Below, piece after piece: positions 1 through 7,348 of a DNA stretch of 48,717 bases. How positions within the stretch are numbered: the stretch's first letter is position 1; each line of letters opens with the position of its first letter. Below the pieces are notes generated by a model. The model was given only the letters and a program-made list of their open reading frames with translations, did not search any database and was not told the origin of the DNA. Source of the DNA: a virus (lineage: Duplodnaviria > Caudoviricetes). A program made the translations under genes and the position numbers. Location: the IMG/VR virus record IMGVR_UViG_3300001730_000003, positions 1-48,717 of that record; one strand, written 5' to 3'.

Positions 1-474
1 ACGCATGACCCTCGTTGCATCGATTACGGCGGGGTCAGAATCATATGTCTGGCGCAGCCGGCGCTGCAACGTCTGGAAGCGGTCATTATCGCGGTAGCCC
101 ATGACAGGCCAGTATACATGCGCCTTGCCTGGACTGGACCGAACCACCATGGAAGGCGGCGGCTCGGATTGGAGCGCGCGGGACAGGTTCACCTCGGCCG
201 CCGCATTGTCCAGGTCGACAAAGTGGGCCCTGACCGCAGTTACGTTCTCCAGCGACCGGCCCACCCCGTCCAGTTCATTGACCGCGACGAAAATGCCGAG
301 CCCGCGGGTGTTCATGGTCGTGATCCATTCCCAAGAACCAAGCAAAGTTCCGCGATGCGGATGACCAAGATCACCTTTGTCAGTGGGATGTAGGGCGCGG
401 AAGTCGAGTACCGCCGTGGCAGGGTCGCCGACCAGAACCGCAATGAATGCGTGTGCATGTTCAAAACTCAGCAT
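1..474 (-). CDS. RepB-like DNA primase (AEP superfamily), N-terminal part, runs off window
   Basis: Manually translated, not in ORF track: MLSFEHAHAF...AHFVDLD...VVRSSPGKAHVYW...DATRVMR. DxD, SxxxxHxYW and DxxRxxR motifs are typical of RepB-type primases. Confidence 0.8.
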   Translation of the reverse strand, partial: MLSFEHAHAFIAVLVGDPATAVLDFRALHPTDKGDLGHPHRGTLLGSWEWITTMNTRGLGIFVAVNELDGVGRSLENVTAVRAHFVDLDNAAAEVNLSRALQSEPPPSMVVRSSPGKAHVYWPVMGYRDNDRFQTLQRRLRQTYDSDPAVIDATRVMR

Positions 475-1102
475 TGCGGACTTCTTTCAAACGCTGGATC
501 ACAGCCGGATCATCACGATATAATTCGGCAACCGCACAACACATCGCTATGAAGTCAACTTGCGGAAATTCGTTTTTGCCAAAATTAAACATCTTACAGA
601 CAACTTGAACATTGTCTGTGGTGTAACCACCGTCAGAGTTTATTCTATCTAATGATGGGGCAAACGCATTTCGCCCGACAGTTGAAAAGATGTCAAACGG
701 TACACCTGAAACTTCACATTTACCATTCGCAATCCTTTCTCCTATATTTTCAGGTGTAATGTCGAATTTTAACCCTTTTCGTTTTGCACGCGACCTTTTA
801 GCTAAATTGACTAAAGTCTTGGCTCTCTTCATTGGGTCATTGTATTGATCACGGGCCTGTTTTTTAATTCTTTTTATTACTTCCGGCCTTCTCCTGTATT
901 CTTTTGCATACTCGGGGTCTTGCTTTCGGTGATCCCTGCGTCTATTGTATGCACGAGTACACGGCTTGCAATAATTACTGACTCCGTGTGAACTCGATCT
1001 GTCTTTTGTGTAATCGTCGAAGTGCTTGTATTGCCCACATCTCGGGCACCATTTATAATCGCCGATGTATGTCAACCCTCGACCGATGCGATTGCTAGTC
1101 AC
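461..1102 (-). CDS. HNH-like (His-Me finger) putative homing endonuclease with N-terminal zinc finger
   Basis: CPRC...CKPC zinc finger, then CEVSGVPF...APSLDRINSDGGYTTDNVQVVCKMFNFGK. AT-rich. GTG at 1102 overlaps the upstream stop (GTGA). Confidence 0.75.
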   Translation of the reverse strand: MTSNRIGRGLTYIGDYKWCPRCGQYKHFDDYTKDRSSSHGVSNYCKPCTRAYNRRRDHRKQDPEYAKEYRRRPEVIKRIKKQARDQYNDPMKRAKTLVNLAKRSRAKRKGLKFDITPENIGERIANGKCEVSGVPFDIFSTVGRNAFAPSLDRINSDGGYTTDNVQVVCKMFNFGKNEFPQVDFIAMCCAVAELYRDDPAVIQRLKEVRNAEF

Positions 1103-1284
1103 TCGCTCGCACTCCCCACCCATGCCAGAACGTCCGCACGGCGCCATCGGGGCGGTCGGACGCCGTTTATGGGCGGGACGGGGCAGTTGCCTTCCTTGAC
1201 CCACTTGCGTAAGGTCTTCGGATCGACTTCGAGCAGGCGGCTCGTTTCCAGCGCTGTCAGGATCGGCTTTTCGGACATGACCAT
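1099..1284 (-). CDS. Small excisionase/MerR-like HTH DNA-binding protein
   Basis: LTALETSRLLEVDPKTLRKW...PRWRRADVLAW pattern. Confidence 0.75.
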   Translation of the reverse strand: MVMSEKPILTALETSRLLEVDPKTLRKWVKEGNCPVPPINGVRPPRWRRADVLAWVGSASE

Positions 1285-1348
1285 GTGGTAGGCTCATTCG
1301 GTCGATGCCGTCAATCCCCTTTACGCCCGATTTTTCCCGTGGTATTCG
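1285..1348. promoter_or_regulatory. Divergent sigma70-like promoter pair
   Basis: Minus strand TTGACG-N17/18-(C)TACCAC and plus strand TTTACG-N17-TATTCG, between divergent genes. Confidence 0.45.
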
Positions 1349-1376
1349 AATCACCTGACGCAACAGGAGTGATTCG

Positions 1377-1553
1377 ATGAGATACCACAGCACCGGACGC
1401 GACAACTGGACCAACCCGACCCAACGCCGGCATACTGACTTCGGTCATGGTCATATCGAAAGCATGGATGATGACGACTTGTGGGGTCGCGGCATGCTCT
1501 GGGGTGCACCGATCGCAGCAGTGGTGTGGGCGGTCGTGTGGTGGGTGGTGTAA
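1377..1553 (+). CDS. Small protein with C-terminal hydrophobic helix (58 aa)
   Basis: Manual translation MRYHSTGRDNW...GAPIAAVVWAVVWWVV; AGGAG RBS upstream. Confidence 0.6.
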   Translation: MRYHSTGRDNWTNPTQRRHTDFGHGHIESMDDDDLWGRGMLWGAPIAAVVWAVVWWVV

Positions 1554-1567
1554 CGGAGACCTGACCC

Positions 1568-1732
1568 ATGGATAGAGAGAAGCAGGACGAGAAAGACAGC
1601 GCCGTGGCCGAGGCGCTGCGTATCGCTGAGCGTTACTACATCAAGATGGGGTGGAGGTACTCAGCGCAGGATGTTGGCTCCTATGCCCGCCGGATTATGG
1701 AAGGGCTAACGGGAGGCGCAAGCCATGGATAG
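1568..1732 (+). CDS. Hypothetical protein (54 aa)
   Basis: Manual translation MDREKQDEKD...; GGAG RBS; overlaps the next gene. Confidence 0.55.
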   Translation: MDREKQDEKDSAVAEALRIAERYYIKMGWRYSAQDVGSYARRIMEGLTGGASHG

Positions 1733-2168
1733 AGACACCCTACTAAAGCAGGCAGAGCGCGTTGAAGCTGCGCAGGGGGCGGATAGGGCGCTGGATGCGG
1801 AGGTTGCCCGCCAACAGGGCATGTGCCTGCATCCAAACACGGTGAGGACAGGAGCACAAAGCGATATTGGATTTGATTGCGTCGATTGCGGAGCCGACAG
1901 TTGGGGAAACCGCTCCAAAGATGGCTTCAACCGTCGCCTGTCAGATCCAGTGCCAAACTACACGGGTAGCATCGATCTTGTCATAGCGCTGCTTCCAAAC
2001 GGGACAGGGCATGATCCTTGGTGGTTGCTTAAAGGCGCGTGGCGTGGAAAAGCCAAAGCTGAAATATGGGTGCGCAATAAAGGCAAACCGTATCGCGGCA
2101 CCGCCTCCACCCCCGCCCTCGCTCTCCTCGCTGCCTGTCTGCGCGCAATAGCTGAAGGGGAAGGGTGA
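1725..2168 (+). CDS. Phage ABA-sandwich-like protein
   Basis: DRALDAEVA...PNYTGSID...TPALALLAACLRA pattern; GGAGG RBS. Confidence 0.55.
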   Translation: MDRDTLLKQAERVEAAQGADRALDAEVARQQGMCLHPNTVRTGAQSDIGFDCVDCGADSWGNRSKDGFNRRLSDPVPNYTGSIDLVIALLPNGTGHDPWWLLKGAWRGKAKAEIWVRNKGKPYRGTASTPALALLAACLRAIAEGEG

Positions 2169-2392
2169 TGAGCATCGAGAGACGCCGCGCATTGGAAGCC
2201 CGTCTATTGGGGTTCGCAGACCTGTGTTGCGAGAACCCAATTCCGGGGGAAATGGGTGATGTGGCTTACGAGTTGATACGGCAAGCTGCGGCGCAAATCG
2301 CCAGCGACCGCAAGCGCATTGAAGAGTGCCCAGCGCGATATTCTATGCACGGTTGCCCGAACAGCTTTCGGCGTAAGGAGCATACCCCATGA
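2165..2392 (+). CDS. Hypothetical protein
   Basis: ORF coupled to its neighbours by overlapping start/stop codons. Confidence 0.55.
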   Translation: MMSIERRRALEARLLGFADLCCENPIPGEMGDVAYELIRQAAAQIASDRKRIEECPARYSMHGCPNSFRRKEHTP

Positions 2393-2673
2393 TCGAACCC
2401 TATGATGCAGAGCGCCTTAAAGGGCTGATCGAGCGGTTGAACTGTAATACGTTTAGCCATCCGGCTTATGGCGAAACTCGTAAGTCGATCATTGAAACAG
2501 ACGCAGAGCGTCGCCAAGCCGCCACCGCCCTAGCCGCACAGGCTGAGGAGATCGAGCGGCTGCGGAAGAACCTCGAAACGAGAGACAAGTTCATCGTGAA
2601 TACGGGGCGCTGGCAAGATTTCGTCGACGGCCTTCCGAGCAATACCATTCCAGGAGGCAAGCAAGATGACTGA
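2389..2673 (+). CDS. Hypothetical protein with coiled-coil segment
   Basis: ATGA overlap, AAGGAG RBS, QAEEIERLR motif. Confidence 0.6.
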   Translation: MIEPYDAERLKGLIERLNCNTFSHPAYGETRKSIIETDAERRQAATALAAQAEEIERLRKNLETRDKFIVNTGRWQDFVDGLPSNTIPGGKQDD

Positions 2674-3151
2674 GAAGCTGGAACCGTGCGACCACAAGAA
2701 TGCGCTTAAAGGTGCGTGGACTGTGATGGAGTGGCATTGCCCAGACTGCAAAGCAACCATCGACTTTGGCGACAGCAGCGTTTTGCGCGTCGAGACTTAT
2801 CCAGATGGGCGCGTAGTCAGGGTGCCTTATGATAACACCCGCCCCACGCCCGCCGCGCCTGAGGATGTGGTGGAGGCCCTGCAACAGGCAGAGGCGTGGC
2901 TACGCGAATGCGCCAACTGGATGGCCGCAAACGACATAGACATGTGTTGTCCGATGGGCGTTGCCCCTCAAGACGTTGCAGATGGAGTTCAGAAAGCCCG
3001 CGCCGCCTACGCAGCAGCCGAGGAAGCGTGGACAAGGCAGGTGGTGGAGTGGTTGTATCGCACTGAATTTGGCGACGATGCAATTGATGCCGCTAGCGTG
3101 GTTCTCGCCGACGCCATCGAACGCCGCGAACACCTCAAGGAGAACGGATAA
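2666..3151 (+). CDS. Hypothetical protein with CxxC motif
   Basis: ORF with GGAGG RBS, coupled to its neighbours. Confidence 0.6.
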   Translation: MTEKLEPCDHKNALKGAWTVMEWHCPDCKATIDFGDSSVLRVETYPDGRVVRVPYDNTRPTPAAPEDVVEALQQAEAWLRECANWMAANDIDMCCPMGVAPQDVADGVQKARAAYAAAEEAWTRQVVEWLYRTEFGDDAIDAASVVLADAIERREHLKENG

Positions 3152-3327
3152 TGAAGGTAGGCGACAAGGTTCGCAAGGTGAAGGGCTACGCGTGGCCGGG
3201 AGTCATTGTCGCGGATTTCACTAACCTAAAAGGTCAACGCCGCTTGGTGGTTGAATGTACCGTCGCCGAAGTTGCTGGCGCGCTTCATATCTACAATCCC
3301 GAACAACTGGAGCCCAGCCATGACTAA
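3151..3327 (+). CDS. DfrB/R67 dihydrofolate reductase-like SH3-fold protein (58 aa)
   Basis: Manual translation MKVGDKVRKVKGYAWPGVIVADFTNLKGQRRLVVECTVAEVAGALHIYNPEQLEPSHD. Aligns by eye with the R67 core GDRVRKKSGAAWQGQIVG...AVE...GSVQIYPVAALE. Confidence 0.65.
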   Translation: MKVGDKVRKVKGYAWPGVIVADFTNLKGQRRLVVECTVAEVAGALHIYNPEQLEPSHD

Positions 3328-3381
3328 GGTAGAGCCCACGCAGGCGGGGCTAGATGCCGCCCAAGCCATCCGCGAGCGATC

Positions 3382-3591
3382 ATGACCGACCTGTTCCGAC
3401 CAGCCTCACCCGTCCCGGCGATGCACCGATATGGCACATGGTCCATTTGCACCACCAGCACCGGCCATCTCACGCTGTGGTGCAGCGGTCGACTGATGGC
3501 CCAAGGTGCGATGAACACATTGCTCAGGTGCCGGGCAATGCCGGCCGAGTTCAGAGAGAGGCTAGGTACTGCGCGCGTTGCTCGGGAGTGA
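3382..3591 (+). CDS. Hypothetical protein
   Basis: ORF only; its 3' end overlaps the convergent TetR-like gene. Confidence 0.35.
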   Translation: MTDLFRPASPVPAMHRYGTWSICTTSTGHLTLWCSGRLMAQGAMNTLLRCRAMPAEFRERLGTARVARE

Positions 3592-3850
3592 GCAAGTCTG
3601 CCGCGGGATGCCGACCAACGATGAGTTGCGGAACGACAGTGCGATCCTGCTGCTCGACGGCCCATGTGGCGACAGCCTGGCGCAGACCGCTCGCTGATTT
3701 ACAGTGATGTAAAACTCCCGCATGGCTGATGCCGACCCGCTGCCCCACAGCACGAGCCGTTACGGCGGCTTCACCATGTGCGCGCCAGAGTTCGAGACCT
3801 GCATTGAGGATCTCGATCCGCTTCTTGGCGCCTTGAGCAACACTACCCAT
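3551..3850 (-). CDS. Short TetR-type HTH protein
   Basis: RIEILNAGLELWRAHGEAAVTARAVGQRVGISHAGVLHH matches the TetR N-terminal HTH pattern. Confidence 0.75.
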   Translation of the reverse strand: MGSVAQGAKKRIEILNAGLELWRAHGEAAVTARAVGQRVGISHAGVLHHCKSASGLRQAVATWAVEQQDRTVVPQLIVGRHPAADLLTPEQRAQYLASL

Positions 3851-3914
3851 GGGGTGGGTGATAGCGCGTGCTTACCATGGTGTCAACTGCGCTGGGGGCG
3901 AGGAAAGGTTTCGC

Positions 3915-3943
3915 TTGACGATATAGGACATATCCTATATAAA
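3915..3943 (+). promoter_or_regulatory. Sigma70 promoter with overlapping palindromic operator
   Basis: TTGACG (3915)-N17-TATAAA; perfect inverted repeat ATATAGGA-cata-TCCTATAT at 3921-3940. Confidence 0.75.
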
Positions 3944-3983
3944 TGATTCGCAGGGAATGATCCCGCCGATAGGAGAATGTAAG

Positions 3984-4313
3984 ATGGCAATCGTCTGTGC
4001 AAATTTTGAAGTTCGCAGTATTTGCGGTGATTGGTATGATGGAAAACATTCCGCAATGTATCGTGCTTATCGTGGACAGAAATTCAGCCCAAAAACTCTT
4101 CTCGATGAAACACGCGAGGCGCTGGATAACTTGGCCTTTGAAGGTGAAAAACGTAAGCGCGAAGAAGAATCTTTGAGGAAAGTGGAAAATTTTGCTGAAC
4201 ATCATACTGAGGTGGAAGCAGCAAAGAGAGCAATAGTACGTGTAGCGCAACAGGCGAGGCGGGCTAGGATTGATTGGGAAACCTTCAAGACCATTGCTGG
4301 ATACTATATGTGA
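3984..4313 (+). CDS. Hypothetical protein, AT-rich
   Basis: AGGAG RBS; first gene of the promoter/operator cassette. Confidence 0.7.
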   Translation: MAIVCANFEVRSICGDWYDGKHSAMYRAYRGQKFSPKTLLDETREALDNLAFEGEKRKREEESLRKVENFAEHHTEVEAAKRAIVRVAQQARRARIDWETFKTIAGYYM

Positions 4314-4492
4314 TGAGCCCCGCTGCATTCCGCACCGCCCGCAAAGCCCTCGGCATGACGCAGAAGCAACTTGCCGAGGCGCTACGTATGGGCGCCCACG
4401 GCTGGCAGACGATCAGCAAGTGGGAGAATAGCGGCAGCACTATTCCCGGCCCTGTCGAGGTCGCGATGGAGCATTTGCTGCACTGCAAGTGA
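4313..4492 (+). CDS. Xre/Cro-family HTH regulator
   Basis: FRTARKALGMTQKQLAEAL...TISKWEN...IPGPV; TGATG coupling. Confidence 0.85.
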   Translation: MSPAAFRTARKALGMTQKQLAEALRMGAHGWQTISKWENSGSTIPGPVEVAMEHLLHCK

Positions 4493-4497
4493 CCCAC

Positions 4498-4896
4498 CTA
4501 CCGCCACGCCCCCACATACTGCTCCACCTGGTCCGGGTGGGTCACGAAGCCGGCGATACAGCCAACCGACCGGACTAGTTCGATGAACCGTAGCTGCGCC
4601 TGTGCTCGCTTGTCCGAGGGCTGCAGTTGCCAGCCTTCTGGCTTGATCTCGAAATGACCCGCCACGCCCATCAGTTTTCCGACGTGGTGCGGTTGGATCA
4701 CGATCGGGATCGGACAGTACAGATCGCCGGACTTGAAGCGTTCGTTCTGCTGCTTGCTTTCGTTCATCAGGCCGAACCGGGTGACACGCCCGGTGTCGGT
4801 GTCGGTGAAGGCGCCCATGTTGTTGCGCATGGGAAGACCACCAATGCGGGCCAGTGCAAGGCGTGTCTGCTGCTGGACTGCGGTTTCAGATAGCAT
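4498..4896 (-). CDS. VRR-NUC domain nuclease
   Basis: SE..VQ, RNNMG, SGDL, FEIK, QAQLRFIELV..GCIAGF motifs. Confidence 0.8.
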   Translation of the reverse strand: MLSETAVQQQTRLALARIGGLPMRNNMGAFTDTDTGRVTRFGLMNESKQQNERFKSGDLYCPIPIVIQPHHVGKLMGVAGHFEIKPEGWQLQPSDKRAQAQLRFIELVRSVGCIAGFVTHPDQVEQYVGAWR

Positions 4897-5110
4897 CCCA
4901 TGCGTCCACGTATTGCTTGCCGGAACCCTTGCAGTTCACACATTTCAAAGGTTCGGTCAATGTTTCAGGTTCTGGGTGGAATTTCGTCCAATCACCGTCA
5001 CCGCCGCATTCCCAACAATCGGTTATTCCGATCCCCGGTGCAACGATTGTCACCTCTTGCTCGATGTAATTCGTACCGAAACGGGCTTCAGTAATCTGCA
5101 TGATCGGCAT
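4886..5110 (-). CDS. Small zinc-finger protein (CxxCxGxG twice)
   Basis: CWECGGDG and CVNCKGSG. Confidence 0.6.
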   Translation of the reverse strand: MPIMQITEARFGTNYIEQEVTIVAPGIGITDCWECGGDGDWTKFHPEPETLTEPLKCVNCKGSGKQYVDAWDAI

Positions 5111-5444
5111 ACCCCAACACCTCCCCCATCTGGTCCGGTCTGTACCGCACGATCCCATAGTCCATCAGCGTTTTACCTAGTATCATGTCGACCGGTGTGA
5201 CACCATTGTCACCAAGCACCGCGATCGCTTCGGCTGCTGCACGTGGCCCAGATCCGCCATATCGAGCGGCAAGATCGTGTGCCGGCTCCCACAGCGTTGG
5301 CACGCGAGGTATTATATTACCTCCAGCAGCAAGCGCAGCTTTCGCACACGCCCCATCGGGATCGATCGTGCGCAAGGTGTGACCCTGTGCTGCCAGCATG
5401 GCCGTCAGAACGGCGCAGTCTGGATCGTTTGCGTAGAAGTGCAT
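5088..5444 (-). CDS. Hypothetical protein
   Basis: ORF in operon; GGAGG RBS. Confidence 0.55.
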   Translation of the reverse strand: MHFYANDPDCAVLTAMLAAQGHTLRTIDPDGACAKAALAAGGNIIPRVPTLWEPAHDLAARYGGSGPRAAAEAIAVLGDNGVTPVDMILGKTLMDYGIVRYRPDQMGEVLGYADHADY

Positions 5445-5878
5445 GACGTTATGACCTCCAATCCTCGCGCCCACTCAGGCGCTTCGTAAAATGGTATCCC
5501 TGCATCGGTGCGTTCGACCGGATCAGGTTCGGGATCGAGGCCGACCTGCACCCTGACCCACTGGAGTTCGCGGTTCACCTCTGGTGTCACAGACTGCAGG
5601 TGTCGCACGCAGAGCGTGTTGGGCCCATGCGGGCAGCAGTGATCCACCTGAACCAGATCGTCCACTCGCAGCCCGAGGATGAATTTTGCTGCCCATCGGT
5701 GCGCTTTCCAAGATTTACCCTTGTACTTGAAGCACCCGTACCAACCCGTGTGACCCTTGCCCCGAGTACGCCCACCGACCCACAGGACGCAGCCGGTCAT
5801 CGGGTCGAACCGGCAATAATTGAGAAAGCGCGTCAGTGGGTCGGGGTGGGGCAGGTATCGGCCGCGGTGGTCACGCAT
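5405..5878 (-). CDS. HNH endonuclease (HNH_3-like)
   Basis: GCVLWVG...YGCF...KAHRW...VDHCC...LCVRHLQSVT..VN. Confidence 0.8.
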   Translation of the reverse strand: MRDHRGRYLPHPDPLTRFLNYCRFDPMTGCVLWVGGRTRGKGHTGWYGCFKYKGKSWKAHRWAAKFILGLRVDDLVQVDHCCPHGPNTLCVRHLQSVTPEVNRELQWVRVQVGLDPEPDPVERTDAGIPFYEAPEWARGLEVITSCTSTQTIQTAPF

Positions 5879-5880
5879 GA

Positions 5881-6708
5881 TCAAGCATCGTCCGTGAAGC
5901 AACCACATCCACCCATCTCATAACGGGCAGGAATTAGTTCGCCAGATTGCACACGTTCACGAAATTCCTTCATGTGTAGGTATTCGGTGGTTTTGTCACG
6001 TGTTACCCGAATGAAACCCCCTGCAGCATCTATCGCATGTTTATGTTTACCTTTATAGATGCCGGCATTCATTCTCTTTTGCACTTTTTGAGCAATCGAT
6101 CGCCTTGCCCATTCATTGCGCTGTTCATGCTTCATGTATAATGCCGGTCGCTTATCAAGTAACATGGCAAATTGACCCTGCCCACCACGAGGGCACATCC
6201 CACCGCAATTATTATGGATGAATCCCATATCGTATAAACGAGGCTTTCTAATCCCATATTTCTCGCAGACCAGTCGTTCGACCGCCCCACCAGATAATTT
6301 CTGTTCAGCAATAAGCGAACGTACTGGACGTGGTGCCCAGCGTGTGACTGCTCGCTCTTGTCGTTCATCTTCATCATGGCTGAAACCGATCACTACTGGA
6401 TCACCTGGTGCAGTGAGTAAATCGAGTTGACGTTGTATCAGTTCCGTTTTTAGAATACGGCTGCACGGTGCTGTGCGACTATTGCCAATGTATTCTTCAT
6501 CGACAAACACGTCCCAAGGGTCACGACCATCCTTCAAACGGATTAGCGGGCCAATATTCAATCGCTCAATATCATAGAGGAATCGATATAGATCATCGTC
6601 CTCAATGGTCGTATCAGCAAACCACATGATGAATGGTTCACCCGCTTCATGTGCGAGTAGAGCATTAGCAGCACTGGCAAGACCACCACTGAGACTAATC
6701 TGTAACAT
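5881..6708 (-). CDS. PAPS reductase-like (PP-loop) protein with Cys motifs
   Basis: SLSGGLAS PP-loop, FADT..ED.DLYRF, PCSRILK, IGF, HNNCGGMC, C-terminal GGCGCF; AT-rich. Confidence 0.7.
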   Translation of the reverse strand: MLQISLSGGLASAANALLAHEAGEPFIMWFADTTIEDDDLYRFLYDIERLNIGPLIRLKDGRDPWDVFVDEEYIGNSRTAPCSRILKTELIQRQLDLLTAPGDPVVIGFSHDEDERQERAVTRWAPRPVRSLIAEQKLSGGAVERLVCEKYGIRKPRLYDMGFIHNNCGGMCPRGGQGQFAMLLDKRPALYMKHEQRNEWARRSIAQKVQKRMNAGIYKGKHKHAIDAAGGFIRVTRDKTTEYLHMKEFRERVQSGELIPARYEMGGCGCFTDDA

Positions 6709-7034
6709 CAATTATCCTCCGGTCGATGACTTACCCAGACGGTTTGATCCGCATTTTGAATTGAATACGACTGTTGATCTAAACCCGTACAGAGCAATGC
6801 TGCCAATTGCCCGGCATGATTCATGATTTCCGTTTGTGTAGCTGGAAAACGCGGATAATTGATCAAACCCACAATTACCCCGTCTTCCCGACCGCCAGTG
6901 TAGACATATATTGTGCGTGTAACAGTGACGCAAAATCCAACATCATCGCAATATTTCGCGCAAATGTCGCACGCTGCGTCATAGTCTCCAGCAATAAAAA
7001 TCTGGACGGGGTGGCTAGGAGCGTACTTAATCAT
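6708..7034 (-). CDS. Hypothetical phage protein
   Basis: YTGGRE.G..VGLINYPRFP stretch; coupled to the PAPS reductase-like gene and similarly AT-rich. Confidence 0.65.
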   Translation of the reverse strand: MIKYAPSHPVQIFIAGDYDAACDICAKYCDDVGFCVTVTRTIYVYTGGREDGVIVGLINYPRFPATQTEIMNHAGQLAALLCTGLDQQSYSIQNADQTVWVSHRPEDN

Positions 7035-7348
7035 GCCCTTGCCTGCCATCCGAGATCCGATATGATCTCCTGCCACAATTGACTCGTCCTGCCCCACGAC
7101 ATGCCCATGATCTGACCGGCGTCATCGATCGCATGACCCGCACTGACCAGTTCGGCCAGTTGATCCTTGGTCTTGTCAGGCGTGCGATATTGACCGCTGT
7201 TCTTGAGGTTCTGCAACACGCGCATCGCCTGTCCCTTGGTCCACCCGAGGTCATAGCCTGCCTGGGTCACGGTGATGCCGGGATTGGACTTGAGCACTTG
7301 CAGCATTCGAGACATGCGCGAGCGCATCTGGGGTGTGAAATCATCCAT
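7031..7348 (-). CDS. Putative tandem HTH protein
   Basis: Two HTH-like segments (ITVTQAGYDLGW, IDDAGQIMGMS). Confidence 0.55.
   Translation of the reverse strand: MDDFTPQMRSRMSRMLQVLKSNPGITVTQAGYDLGWTKGQAMRVLQNLKNSGQYRTPDKTKDQLAELVSAGHAIDDAGQIMGMSWGRTSQLWQEIISDLGWQARA

Noticed and set aside
1099-1284. Evidence of a temperate lifestyle from the excisionase-like HTH
   Set aside because: Such HTH genes often sit beside primases; no integrase or clear repressor switch is in the window, which is also incomplete.
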